Assembly (NCBI GenBank): GCA_013265495.1 | Contig: MU058844.1 | Coordinates: forward strand, 5,434,344-5,498,343 | DNA: 64,000 nucleotides | Direction of reading: 5' to 3' | Source of the DNA: Vicugna vicugna | Taxonomy: Eukaryota | In this document: in pieces, positions 13,683 through 27,360 of the stretch | How the letters are laid out: every line of letters starts with the position of its first letter | How positions within the stretch are numbered: position 1 is the first letter of the stretch | Made by a program: the position numbers and the translations under genes | The notes under the pieces: generated by a model | Databases searched by the model: none | The model's input: only the letters and a program-made list of their open reading frames with translations | What the model was told of the DNA's origin: nothing

Positions 13683-14315
13683 GTATCTTAAAATTAGCTA
13701 ATATTAAAATATTTTTATGGTCATAGAATTAAAATATTTAAAAAGACAAAATGGGTGAGAAGGGCAATAATATGATTCATTGCCAACATTCTATTATGTC
13801 TTTAGCCCTCTTAGCTAGAAACCTGCAAAAATTAATTATTTTTAAAGACATGTATTACCTTCTATTATAGTCATACATGACAGAATATAAAATAATTCAC
13901 TTCATAAACTATGATGTGTAATGAACTATCCCTTTAAAGCTTATCAATAAATGTTTGGTATGTATGTATAAAATAGGAAAATGCATTTATTGTATGCAGT
14001 AAGACAATAAGACACAATCTTTGTGTGTGGGTATTGTACCTTCAACATTAAATTCCAGTAGTTATTTCTCCCCGTTTTCAAATGCTTTATGACATAATAC
14101 TAGTTACTCTTCATTTAGTACTAATCATTTCCCAAATGTTTTGCTAATTATTTAGTATCTATAATCCTAATAATTATACTAGGAAATGTCAGAAAGGTTT
14201 AGTAATTTGCTTAAACAAGTACACTGTATAGCTGGTATTAAAATTCTACCTGGATTACTTCAGATCCAGGCCTTCGCTCTGATATATGCATACTGCCTTG
14301 TAATTTTCTCTTTAG

Positions 14316-14459
14316 TAGAGTAAAAACTGCCACAATCAAAACAACAAAACAAGTTGTATAATAAAATTAGAAAATACTAAGGTTGTCCCCTTTGGAGAGA
14401 GTGAGAAGCACTTTACTCAAGTTCATTTCATCTTTTGGGGCATAATTCTTTTCAAGAAA
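14316..14459 (+). pseudogene. Fossil exon G
   Basis: taattttctctttag acceptor, AAA|gtaagt donor, 144 nt; ...KILRLSPLERVRSTLLKFISSFGA*FFSR. Confidence 0.45.
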
Positions 14460-16779
14460 GTAAGTTAAAATTTCGCTGTTTATTTTAAATTTAAAAAATA
14501 CTTCAGGAAGAGAATTATGTTACTAATTCTCCTAAGCTTAACTTTTCTCGTGAACTTACATGAACTTATTATTCATATATTCATGTAAAATTTAATTTTG
14601 TTTTCTATTTATAACTCTGATATGTATTTGATTCTTATATCCCTAGGTAAAATAAAGTCTCTTTCAGGACAAGAATTTTTTTGTATAAGAATTTAAATTC
14701 ATTATTTTATCTAGTGTAGTGTCTGGCTTGTATTAATATAGCCACTCCTGGTTTTCGTTAATTAATTTCTGCATTTTCCCATCCTTTTGCTTTTGACTAT
14801 CTTAATATTTAAAGTAGATTTCTTGAAGAAAGCATATAGTTAAATCTTGGGTTTTTTGTAAATTATTTTATATATAGTAACACTGGTTTATAACATTATA
14901 TGTTTCATGTGTACAACATTATCTTTCTACTTCTGTATACATTAGAGCATGCTCACCACCAAAAATTTAGTTTTCATCTGTCATTTCCGTATAATAGATC
15001 TCCGCTGTCCCGTCTGGTAACCACTACTCTGTTCTCTGTATCTATGTGTTTGTTTTTGTTTAGTGTGGTTTGTTAATTCGTTTTGTCTGTTTGATTATTT
15101 TTATATTTTATGTTTGAGTGAAATCATACGGTATCTGTCTTTCTCCATCTGACTTAATTCACTTAGCGTAATACTCTCAAGGTCCATCCACATTGTTGCA
15201 AATGGCAAGATTTCATCTTTATTCATGAATGAATAGTAGGGTATTGCTTTTGCTTATTAATTCAATCTGATACTCTTCCTTTTAATTGGGACATTTAGTC
15301 CATTTAAACTCAATGCCATTATTTACACAAGTATAATTATATGCACCATCTTTCTATTAGTTTTACATGTTTCTCATCTCTTCATTCTTCTCTTTTTCCT
15401 GATTAATTGAGGATTTTTTATAATTCGATATTACTTTCAATATTGGCTTAATAGATACATTTTTGTTGTATTATTTGTAGTTGTTGCTTTAGGATTTATA
15501 AAATATTTATCTTAACCCAGCCAATTTAGATTAAATTTATCACTTCAGTTACAGTACATGAACTTAAAGTATCCTTCTATATCCACCTTGCCAGACTCTG
15601 CACTGTTTTTGTTATGTAACTTATTTCTCAAAATATTGTGTACTGTATAACACATACAACACTTTTTTTATTTGCTTTGAACCTTTAAAAGGCAATGTTA
15701 GAATTAAACAGATTTTTCTCTCTTTACTCACATATTTACTACTGATGGGGTGGTACTCTTCATTTCTTTCTATAAATCCAGATTTCAATGTGGTGTCATT
15801 TTTATTCTCCCTGAATAATAAATAATTTATTAATCATTTATAAATGCAGGCCTGCTTGTGGTAAATTCTTTCAACTTTTGAATATCTGCAAAATCCTTTA
15901 TTTCACATTTTGGGGTGGATCGAGAGGATTTTTATAACAGTTTTACTGAAGTATAATTCACATATGATAAAATTTACCCTTTCAAAGTATACATTCAGTA
16001 GTTTTTAGGATATTAAGTTATACAAGCATCACAAATGATTTTAGAATATTTTCATTACTGCAAAGAGAAACTCCATACTCAAGAAGTCAGACCTGATACC
16101 CTTCTCACCTCAGCTCAACAACCAGTAATCTACTTTCTGTCTCATAGACTTATTTATTAAGGATAAGGATGCAGAGCATAAATGATATCATATATGGTCT
16201 TTTGTGATTGGCTTCTTTCAGTGGGCATACTGTTTTTTAGCTTCATCCATGTTACAGTATTCATCAATCTGTCACTCCTTTTAGTTCCAAATAATATTCT
16301 ATTGTATGGATAGGCTCCATTTTGTTTATCCATTAACCTACTAATGAATATATGGATTGTGTCCTATTTTTGCTACTGTGAATAATACTGCTATGAATAT
16401 TCATGTACAAGTTTTTCTGTGGCCATATAGATTCTTACTGTTTTTGTTTAATTGGGAATGTCTAATTTCCCCTCCATGTTAGAATGATAGTTTTGCTGAA
16501 TTAAAATCTCAGTTGAAAGTATTTTTCCTTCAGTACTTTGAATATCTCATCCTTCTGCCTGTATGGCTTTTGTTACGAGGTCAGCAGCTCAACTTACTGA
16601 AGATTCATGTATATGATTGTTTTTCTGTTGCTATTTTTTAAGACTCTATTTTTGACTTTGGCTTTCCACATTTGACTATGGTATGTCTAGATGCGACTTT
16701 CTTGAAGTTTCTTAAGCTTCCTGGTTGTATAGGTAATATATATCATTGAATTTGCAAAGTATTCAGCCATTATATCTTT

Positions 16780-17136
16780 CCATTGGACTGAATGTTGTGT
16801 CCCCCTGAATTCATGTGTGGAAACCTAATCCCCAATGTGATAATATTAGGAGGTGGGGGTGTTTGGAAGGTGATTAGGTCATGAGGACAGAGCCCTCATG
16901 AATGGTATTAGTGCCCTTATAAGAGGCCCCAGACAGCTCACTTGTCCTTTCTACCATTTGAGGATACAGTGAGAAGATGACTGTCTGTGAACTAGCGAAG
17001 ATTCTCAGTAGACATGAAATCTGTCAATGCCTTGGCCCTGGACTTTCCAGCCTCCAGAACTATGAGAAAATAAATACCTGCTGTTTATAAGACACTCAGT
17101 CTATGGTATTTTGTTATAGCAGCCCAGACTAAGACA
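16780..17136 (+). mobile_element. MLT1A/MLT1A0 solo LTR
   Basis: tggactgaatgttgtgtcccc...gactttccagcctccagaactatgagaaaataaa...ttgttatagcagcccagactaagaca. Confidence 0.9.
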
Positions 17137-19577
17137 ATCTCCCAATATTGTTTCTCCTTTCTCTCTTCTCCTTCAATTACTACCATTACGTCTATATTGG
17201 AATTCTGATAGTGCCCCACAGGTCTCAGGCCCTGTTCATCTTCCTTTGTTTTTTTATTTCTGTTTCTCAGACTGAATAATCTCAATTGGCCTATCTTCAA
17301 GTTTTGTTGTTTTGGTTTTTTTTTGCCAGTTCATGCCTATACTTGAACTCCTCTACTGAACTTTTTAAAAAGTTTCTATAATTTTCCTTTTTAATTCCAA
17401 AAATTTTACCTGGTTTATTTTTATAATTTCTGTCTATTGATATTCTCTATTTGGTATAATACTTTTTCATATATTTCTTTAATTCTTTAGATATGGTTTC
17501 CTTTCATTCTTTGAATATATTTATAATGCTTGATTTACATCATTTAAAAAAATTAAATCCAACATATGTGCTTCTTCTTGGGCAGCTTCTATAGAGTGTT
17601 TTGTCTTTTTTTTCCCACTGTGTATAGGTCATATTTTCCTCTTCCTATTTGTGTCCCATAATTTTTTATTGTTGAAAACTGGAAATTTAAAAAATAATCA
17701 TGTTTAACTCTGGAACTGAGATTCCTCCCACCTCCCTTCTTCCCCATGAATATTCTTGTTAGTTCTGTTGTATTTTTTTTCCTATGTGTTGCTGCTATGT
17801 GTTTGTTTAGTGACTTTTCTGGCCAATTTTTTTTTTTAAGTCTATATTCTTTTGTTGCCTATGGCCAACAAAATCTCACCTTGAATTGCCCCACTGGTCA
17901 GGTAATAATTTTTCAGGGATTTTATTAAATGACTTAAACCAAAAGGTCTCCCACTCTTTGTCAAGAGGCTCTGTTTGTTTGTTAGGTCATGCTCTCAACA
18001 CTCTGGTAGTTTACAGCTCTACCTCAGCCAACACTTTCTCCTTGTACAGAAACTCAGGGTCAGGCAGAGGTGAGGGAATAGGCTCCTCAGGTCTTCTTTA
18101 GGTACAAACTCAGCCCTACCACATGTATTTAGCCTTTAGAGCCTCTGAAATATGTTGGAGTATTCAAAGCCATCAATGAATGTCTCATTTTCCAGATCAT
18201 AATTTTAAATTTGTAGCCAAGCTGTTACTTGCATCAGTTGGTATCACTGCCTCAGATAGCTGCTACTTTAAACAATCATCACAGATAATTTTCAATATAT
18301 GCCAAGATTTAGTGCTTCTAACCCTAAATAAGCTCTGAGTCAAGTTAAATAAAGCCCTGTAAGTGGGACTTTATAGGGGACTGTCAGACAGGTCCAAAAG
18401 GGAAAATTCTCAGGTGATGAAATATTAGGGAGAGCTCTAAATTCCTTTTGGCCCCTTCATTAGCTGCTAGGTTCTCTGTATTTACAGTTACCACACTGTA
18501 AAGCTCCTGGTTTTCAAGATTTCATAGAGCTGGAAAGAGAAGGATGAGGAGGGACTAAATTAAAACATCATAAAACTCACTGTTCCTACCAAAATTGATC
18601 TAATTTTGTCAAATAAGTGCTCCTCAGATTGTTGCAAGCCTGTTGTTAACTTTCAGAATTCTATAAAAGCTGATTTTAAAAAGTTTTAGCAATGTTCTTG
18701 TTGTTTTTATGAAAGAACAGATTTTCAGAGGACCATACTTTGCCATTATGAAAGTACTTCTGTCTACATTTATTGATGAAAGATATTTTTGGCTAGATAT
18801 AAAATTCTTGGTGTTTTTTTAAATTGATGTTAATCCTCCAGTACTTTAAAACGCTGGCCCACTGTGTTTTGGCTTGCATTGTTTTTACCAAGAAGTCCAC
18901 TGTCATTCTCATCTTTGCTCATTGATACATGTTTCTTTATTTAACTAGTAGCTTATTATATTTTTTTCTAAATATCACCAATTTTAAGTCTTTTGGTTAC
19001 GATTTTGTTTAGTGTTCTTCACATTTCTTACAGTTGGGTTCATTAGTCTTCTTGGATTAATCAGTTTATAGTTCATTTAGGGCAGGTTTAGTTATTTGCT
19101 CAAACATATTTTTCCTATGCCTCACTCTTTCAAGGCCTTTAACTACACGTTTATTAGGTGAAGCTGTCCCATAGCTTACTGATGCACTGTTCCTTTTCAG
19201 AGTTTACCTTTTCCTCTCTGTGTTTAACATCGAATAGTTTTATTGGTTTGCATCAGGTTCACTAATCTTTTGTTCTTCAGTATTTAACTTACTGTTAATC
19301 ATATCAAGAGTATCAGATAATGTAATTTCAGCTCTAGAAATTTTACTTTGTTCTTTATATTTCTCTTGTCTATGTTTAGCTTTCTGATTCTTTGCTTTAA
19401 TTTTTTGAGCAAATGGAATATAGTAGCAATAACTGGTATAATATGTTTGCCTAGTAATGATTTTGTTTTTGTCATTTTGAATCTATTTTTATAGACACTT
19501 GACACTTGCTTTTTTGAGTACCTAGTAATTTTGTAGTGGATGACAGACATAAATTGTAACTTGTTTGAGCTGAATTT

Positions 19578-19602
19578 GTGTGTGTATGTGTGTGTGTGTG
19601 TG
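19578..19602. repeat. (TG)n microsatellite
   Basis: gtgtgtgtatgtgtgtgtgtgtgtg. Confidence 0.9.
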
Positions 19603-20928
19603 TTCTTATTAATATTCTTGAGCTTTGTTCCGAGCTTATTATTAAATTATTTAAAACTGCTTTTAAAATTTGTTATGTGACACCAATAAAGCCTTTAGTC
19701 ATGGCCTAAGTTTGTCCCCCTATTGATGCAAAATATTTCTTACTGCTCTACCTGCTGCCTCTTCAGTTACCCTTGTTTTTTTTTCAGTCTTACTGCTAGG
19801 GATAGAAATTATTTACAGCCCTGTGTGAACTCTTAGGTGTGTTCTAATTCTTTGAATTGGTTCTTTCTATAACCTAGTGCAGTTTCCTTAAATGAAGTCA
19901 GAAATTGATCAGAATTTAGTAGGGAGTCAAGGGAACCCTCTGCAGAGAATTCTCCATATATCTCTCATCTCCAGGACTCTTCCTAGGAAAATCCTTGCTG
20001 CCTCAACTCCCTGGATCTCCTCATCTTTAGGGAAAATCCCAGGCTTGGCTTTATTTCCCTTTCTCTGGTAGACCATGGATGCATTCTCAATGTAGTAAGA
20101 TATGGGCACTCATAGGGTTCACCTCTTTAATTTCCCCTTGTTCAGAGACCAGTGTTCTGTACAGTCTCAATATCTAAAAATCATTGTTTCAAAGATTTTA
20201 CCTGCATTTTTTATTTATCTCAAATAGGAAGATAAATCCAGTTTATCTTACACCATCTTGGCCAGAAACAAACATCTCTTCCTTACAGTTACTTTTTAAC
20301 CTAGGTTTTTTATTCCTTTAAAAATAATTTGAATATCTATATTATGTATAATAGAAAACTACTGGGTACTATAGAAAATTATCATTTTAATTAATTTATT
20401 CATTCAACAAATATGCATCACTTTTCCAGATCTAGGCTTATTCTTAAATACTTACCAGAAAATTTCTATAAGATTCTTTCCCTTAATCAGTTTGCACACT
20501 AGTGATAAAATTTCGAAAAATATGAAAGCAAATGTCTTCAGGGTGCTCCTACAAGGGGGAACAGAGTAGGTCTATGCTGTAAGGATGCTGTATTGTTTTC
20601 TTTCTATGGACTGATAGGATTTTGACAGGTGAAAATATGAAGAGTTTCTTTCAACAGACCAAAAAAAAAAAGGAAACAGTATCAAAAAAATTAAGAAAGA
20701 AAAGAGTGTAAACTTGAATAGGAGGTGGAGTAGAAAAAATACCCTAATGTTACTGCTGTATAGAATACAGAAAAGAAAATATAAGAAGACAAATCTTCAG
20801 GAGAGAGTAAAATAATATGGAAAGACATGAATCTTTGGTCTTGGAACTACATTTGTGAACAGCAAAGACTATGGGAAGAGACAATCAGAATTAAACTCAG
20901 TTGCAAGCACTTTGTCCTACTTGTACAG

Positions 20929-21339
20929 TATGAGATATGCCCGCAAGAGAAAGACCAGCTGAGAAATAATAAAATGAAGGTTTCTTAAGGATATCACACT
21001 GCTTGGTTGCAAGGGTGTTATTAATAGACTAGAGAAGTCAGGAATGAAGAACATTTAAAAGGGAACAATCAAGAATTCAGTTCTAGTGAGCACAAGACAT
21101 GGATATGGAGATAATGTGTAGCTACTAAGAAGATTATCTGAGATTGTTAAAATAATTGTGTAAGAACTAAGTCTACCTGAACAATGATGCAAAGCTATTA
21201 AACAGCTGGCTAAGACTGAGGCAGATTGTGGGGGGAAAATTACTAATGCGAATTTGCTTTCAAAATTTGCTTGGACCGCAGATTTTTTTCAGGTGTTGAC
21301 CAACTAAGCCAATCTGTTTCAGTCCTTGAGGAGAAGTAG
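20929..21339 (+). pseudogene. Fossil exon H
   Basis: tttgtcctacttgtacag acceptor; 411 nt in one frame: RFLKDITLLGCKGVINRLEKSGMKNI*KGTIKNSVLVSTRHGYGDNV*LLRRLSEIVKIIV*ELSLPEQ*CKAIKQLAKTEADCGGKITNANLLSKFAWTADFFQVLTN*ANLFQSLRRS; AG|gtgctt. Confidence 0.6.
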
Positions 21340-21465
21340 GTGCTTTAAATAAAATGGTTATTAAAAATTTTAAAATATGGTTCATTAATATGGGTCTTTA
21401 ATCAATGTATTTTGTTTTGTTAATTGCTAAAATTATTATTTCTTGCTGGATTCTATTTTCTCCAG

Positions 21466-21511
21466 TGACATGTTGCCTATAAGTTGAGCACAAGTTACAT
21501 ATTTTTGAGAA
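21466..21511 (+). pseudogene. Fossil exon I
   Basis: ttctattttctccag acceptor, GAA|gtaagc donor; 46 nt, phase 2 to 0, bridges H and J. Confidence 0.5.
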
Positions 21512-23229
21512 GTAAGCTTTGTGCAGGTGACCTAGAAGTGAGAAACTAGTGACCCTCTGCTAGTCTTCTAAACATCTATTCCCCTGCTGGAATGGTTTGT
21601 AATATCAAAAGATCGATAGATGTGTATATACCTGTTTACTTTTTCTCTCCCTGGGATTTTGTTTGTCTAAAGGTTGTGACAAACATTTTGAGAGAAAACT
21701 CTATTCATTGAACTTGAGGGAGAAAAAAAAAAGCCCTGTCAACTTATAAAGCCAATTCACACAAGCAGCATACAGCAATAAGTGAGTTGCATATTCTCTG
21801 TAAAATCTCATTTTAATAGGATTTTTACTTTTTTAGTATTCCAAAAAAATCAAAACTGAAATAATACATTTTCTGTTCATAAGATGGTAACTCTTATGTG
21901 AACTAGATTTGTGAAATGTCCATACAAATATCGAAATGTGCTCTTTCCAATTCTCCTTGCTCTCATTGCTGCAAGGATTCTAGTTCAATGGTTACTTACA
22001 TTTATAGATGTTTACTTATATTTGTGCTGCTTTTACTTTTAGCAAAAGTTTCAATAAGAAATATTCTAATTGATTATGGATTTTTCTAATTCAGAAGCAT
22101 TCTTCTGTAAAGGACAGATCTACTCACCAATCCCAAATATAAATGAAAATAAGCAATTTGTTTCAAGTATCGCAGGGGTTTTTAAGACTAGACCTAGAAA
22201 CTGTAAATCAGGCACCTAAGTCTCCCAAGTTGGTGTAACACACACTGATATTACACCGTAAATGATATCAGATCATTACTCTAGTTCTCTATGAATACTA
22301 GTTTCAGGTCTACATTACCACCATCTAAGGTATTCTGTGCATAACTTCACTCATGAAGAGAATAAAGACTGTGAACTTAATAATACCACTATCCAGGGTT
22401 TTGTAGACATTTTAAAAGTTTCTTATTAGAAACTGGATTAAAAGATCATGCTGAATAAAATATTTCATGGGTATTTTATACTTCGAGATTTGAGCAATCT
22501 CTCAATAATAGATGTCATCATTTACTATTTTTATGTTTATTAATTCTCTAGCCTTGTTTCTGTCTAACCAGACTACGTCTATCTAGTCTAATTTCAACTA
22601 CAGTGTTTTATATGAATTTAAGAAAAAAAACTGAGATTTTATGCATTTGGAAAAATTCTAAAATTTCATTCTTCTAGTAATTTCACAAAGCCATGGATTT
22701 GGTAATGTGATTTGTGATTCTCCATTTTTTTATGTCTCAAAATTGCATAATATCTCAGGATTAGTGTTCTTTGAAACATACTTTGGTCAATAATTCTCCA
22801 TCTCTGTTTAAAATAGAGTAAAATATATTTCTTCTAAATCATGATGTTAGTTTATTGAACGTTCTTCCACCACTCAAAAATGTCAAGCTAATTTCTTATT
22901 AATAAAATGCAAAGCTGAGCTTCTTAGGAAAACATGATACGAGATGGACAATTGAGCTTTATTACTGATTTTCCACTTTTTTTTAATCACCTCAAGAAAA
23001 TGGTGCAAGATGACATAGAGTTTTCAATGATACATGTTCAGAATTAGACTTAGAAAAAGGAATTGATTGTGGGCTACTGGGCTACATTGCATTAGTCTAT
23101 TATAAACACTTCATCTATTGATATTTTGTAAGTGTTACAAATTAATTATTATTATTACCATTATTATATGTAAATAAATCTTTCACAAATTGGATACTTT
23201 TTAAAGTGGTAGAACAGGAATAATTTTAG

Positions 23230-24497
23230 ACTCCCTTCTTTTACTTTTTTTTGGGTGTATATATATTTTTAATTGAAGTATAGTCAGTTTACAATGCTGT
23301 GTCATTTTATGGTTTACAGCATAATGCTTCAGTCATACAGGACATACATATATTTGTTTTCTTTTTTTTTTTTCACCGTAAGTTACTATAAGATATTGAA
23401 TATAGTTCCCTGTGCTATACAGTATGAACTTGTTGTTTATCTGTTTTATGTATATTAGTTAGTATCTTCAAATCTCAGACTCCCAATTTATCCCTTCGTA
23501 CCCCCTTTCCCCCTGATAATCAAAAGTTTGTTTTCCATGTCCTTGAGTCTGTCTCTGTTTTTTAAAAAGTTTGGCTTTTTTTTCTTTAGATTCCACATAT
23601 AAGTAATATCATATGGTATTTTTTCTTTCTCTTCCTGTCTTACTTCACTTAGAATGACAATCTCCAGGTCCATCCGTGGTTGCTGGAAATGGTGTTATTT
23701 AATCTTTTTTATGGCTGAGTAGTATTCCGTTGTATAAATACACCACAACTTCTTTTTCCAGTCATCTGTTGATGGATGTTTATGTTGTTTCCATCTCTTG
23801 GCTATTTTAAATAGTGCTACTATGAGCATTGGGGTGCATGTATCTTTTTGAATTAAAGTTCCCTCTGGATATATGCCCAGGAGTGGGATTGCTGGATCAT
23901 ATGGTAAGTCTGTTTTTAGTGTTTTGAGGAATCTCCATACTGTTTTCCATAATGGCTGCACCAAACTACATTGCCACCAACAGTGGTTCCCCTTTTCCCA
24001 CACCCTCTCCAGTATTTATTATAAACAACTATATGGTAATAAATTAAACAACTGAGAAGAAATGGACAAGTTTCTAGAAACATACAGTCCACAAAAACTG
24101 AATCAAGAGAAATAGATCATTTGAACAGACCAATCACTAGAAATGAAATAGAATCAGCAATAAAAAAACTCCCTGTACACAAAAGTCCAGGACCAGATGG
24201 CATCACTGAGGAATTCTATCAAACACACAAAGATGAGCTCATACCAGTACTTCTTAAATTCTTCCCAAAGATTAAAGAACACTCCCAAATTCATTCTATG
24301 AAGCCACCATCACCCTGATACCAAAGCCAGACAAAGACACTACGAAAAAAGAAAACTATAGGTCAATATTGCTGATGAACATATATGCAAAAATCCTCAA
24401 TAAAATATTAGCAAACAGAATCCAACAACACATTAAAAAGATACACCATGATCAAGTTGGGTTTTACTATATTTTTTTATTACTCCCTTTTTACTTT
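23230..24497 (-). mobile_element. Young camelid-type L1, 5'-truncated with 5' inversion
   Basis: Minus-strand 3' UTR and ORF2 C-terminus ([28 protein letters not shown]) joined near 24020 to plus-strand RT region (KSPGPDG...[21 protein letters not shown]); TSD-like flanks actcccttcttttacttt / actccctttttacttt. Confidence 0.92.
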
Positions 24498-25303
24498 GAT
24501 TGCATCTTACCACAACAGCATTATTTTAGGTGTGCTATGGAAGATAGGATCCACTGATTACAGAATGGCCTATCATAAGACCCACTGGAAATATTTCTGT
24601 CAGAACTTAGCACCAGGAAATATTGCCTGACTTCTAACAGCCTGGTCTAGATTTTACATCCTGGGCAATGTAAATCTGTGGTCTAATTATGCTTCTCTCT
24701 GTTGTCCATTAGGAAGTTCAAAGCTTAATTTGCAGTCAATTTTTAGCAATTATAGAGGATGTTATGGCATATATTTAGTGTATGAAAATCAGCTTGATTC
24801 CTATTTGTTATTATTCTTGTGTATCCCTTTGTCTCTTCATGTGTCTTTTATGTTGTATCTCTCTATGTCTTTCACTTTATGTCTCAATTATGGGCAAAAG
24901 TAATAAAAGAAAGTTAAAATAAACATTTAATAAGAATAAACATCTTTTTACAATTTCTTTCTTTTTTTTTAATTGATCCTTAGTTTTGTCTTTGTTAGAC
25001 TATGTATTTATAATTTCATAAGCTTGCTCTATATGCTTTGTTTGATCATAGGCTGTGTAATACCCACTGAATTTAGAACACAGAATTTTTAAATCTGTTG
25101 AAAATCATGCAAAATATATTATTGGCTAATTTCCTCTTTAAGTTGTTTCTAGTTACAATATTTTTATTCTTAGTTTAAATGTTGAAAAGTTTTTTAAGTA
25201 TATACTTTAAAAAGTCATATTTCAAGACTATGCTTTTTGACAGCTGTGAAATAACAATGTAATTGCATCATAACTCTGAAATATGACTTTTTCTTGCTTG
25301 TAG

Positions 25304-25434
25304 AAAGTGGATATTTTGCCAATTCTGACATGTATACAACAGCTTCAGGGCATCTCATATTTCCTGATTAATTAAGTTCTGCTATCCACCTTGTCAGATT
25401 CATTGCCACCTTATCCAAAAGTTGAGATAAACAG
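25304..25434 (+). pseudogene. Fossil exon J
   Basis: tttttcttgcttgtag acceptor; KVDILPILTCIQQLQGISYFLIN*VLLSTLSDSLPPYPKVEIN; AG|gttgta. Confidence 0.55.
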
Positions 25435-25586
25435 GTTGTATACATAAAATAAAAGTAGATAGCTTGAAAAATACAAGTGTGCTTTCTTTTGTAATTATTT
25501 ATTTGGAGACATAATATATAAAAAATGTGCATTAAGTAATTTTATAGTAAGTAATTTTGATATTTTATTTCTTTTTTCATTAATAG

Positions 25587-25788
25587 TTGTAATAGCAGAG
25601 ATTTTATGTAAATTGGTAGATTCATCCTCAAATATCAGTTTAAAAGCATTCAACTACCCCCAAGTGACTCTTAATTTAGATATATTACTGTTGAAGTTCA
25701 AATTGTTAACTTATATATCAATTATTGGAAAAAAGATTACATAATTAATCCTTTTAGAGAAAAATGAACTTCAGTTACAAATCATGCA
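25587..25788 (+). pseudogene. Fossil exon K
   Basis: ttcttttttcattaatag acceptor; VIAEILCKLVDSSSNISLKAFNYPQVTLNLDILLLKFKLLTYISIIGKKIT*LILLEKNELQLQIM; CA|gtaata. Entry phase mismatches exon J by one base. Confidence 0.45.
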
Positions 25789-26859
25789 GTAATAAGTTTG
25801 GTCATGTTATCACAAAAGAAATGTGAATGCATTGATCATAAAATCTAATTCATTTGATAACCACTTTAGATTAAAAAAGAACATTAGCTACAGCAGGTTT
25901 TGTAGTTACATAAAAGCTTTTTAGGATTATAAGATATAGTGATTTTTATGATCAGAATTTGTTTTAGAATTAAATTTTTTTCTTAAAGAAAAAGCTTGAT
26001 TTTTTTTTTCTGCTATGGCACATCTGCTATTTTGATTTACTCTTTGTCATCTTTAGAACATAAGGATAAGTCTTTGGTTCTTGACCTCAAAAACTAAGGA
26101 ATAAGATAAACATATAGCAGACATCTATAGAGCATGAAGAACAGAATAGAATTTACAGCCAATAGGTGAAATGATAGTTAACCCAAAGGTTTGAGAATGT
26201 GTGTGATTTAACCAGGTTGAGGAAGATGGAAGCTAATGGGAACATTCTAGTCGTGGAGACTAGCGTAACTAAAGAAATGCAAATCTGAAATGTAATAAGG
26301 CATTCAGATAACTGCAAGCTCTTTAGTATTACTACATGATAAAGTATGATATGTGAGATAGTAGAGGATGAGGTTAATTGGAGAAATGAATAGAGGCTCT
26401 GAGATCAGATATTCAGGAGTTTGAAACACATCCTAAAGGCAAAAGTCCCTGAAACTTAAGAGTTCCTCCAAGTTGCCAAAGGTCTTCAAACAAATAATGG
26501 TACTTTTTTTCCCTGATAACTTCTCACATAAATTCAAAATACCAAATTAACCTCTTAAACATACTTTTATATATATGTATATATATATATATCAAACTAT
26601 CATAATAAGACATAAAACACTTAACTATTTCTATTTCTTCCTGGTCACTGAATAATGAATATGGTCATTAAAAAATGTATTCAAAATAGTACAACTGACA
26701 TACTGTTGCTATAATATAAAGTCTACATTTTAAATAAATATTATAAATAAAATATAACAATAAACAAATTTATTAAGATGATTCAGAAAATAAAATAAAA
26801 AGCAATTTCCTGCATTGAACCATTATTCACTGAGAATGATAGTGAAGAAAGTTTTAATA

Positions 26860-27360
26860 GAAGGAAACAAGGAGTATTAAAGTCATCCATGGATGGATTG
26901 CTGGAGGTGACGTGTGGGGGAGCTAGGTGATGAAGGAGAAACTTCAGGCAAATATCAGACCCAGAAGAACTGACATAGTTTCCCTATCATTCTGTTACTG
27001 CTATAGAGAAACCAGAACAGCAAGCTTCAAGCTGCTTCTCACCCGTAAGTGTGCACAGCAAGGGTACTTACCAGCGTCAGCCATTTCTGACCTATATATA
27101 ATGCCTGCAAAGGAAAACCTCTGCTCTGTGTCTCCCTATCATCTGCCTGAGACTTTCTCACAGTCTGAGACTCTTTCTTCATGATATTCTTTCCTTTCCT
27201 TTCTCCTCCTCAATGATACCAGACCAGCATTGTGGTCTGCATGTAATACCCACATGATCCTACTCCCTCGTCCCTTTGCTTTCATAAGTGTGTCAATAAA
27301 TCTGTTGCCATTTTAATTCTTCCCTGATGTCTGCTTCCTGGAGAATCTGAACTATCGTGG
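26860..27360 (+). mobile_element. ERVL-class solo LTR (MER74/LTR53-like, subfamily uncertain)
   Basis: TATA box (cctatatataatgcc), AATAAA near 27295, 3' end gatgtctgcttcctggagaatctgaacta typical of ERVL LTRs. Confidence 0.65.

Larger units (their letters stand above)
14700..20280 (-). mobile_element. Nested antisense L1 stack (old L1ME-like 5' end, ORF1 and EN region, interrupted by younger L1 pieces and an MLT1A)
   Basis: L1ME-type 5' terminus near 20275 (ccatcttggccagaaac); antisense ORF1 text 18770-19700; second L1 5' end near 18760; L1 3' ends at 14855-15240 and 15925-16430. Confidence 0.75.

Noticed and set aside
24400..24465. Both inverted L1s break near the ILANRIQQ...HHDQVGF region, suggesting they are two halves of one element
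   Set aside because: Different 3' UTR types and divergence, each with its own tail; coincidence.
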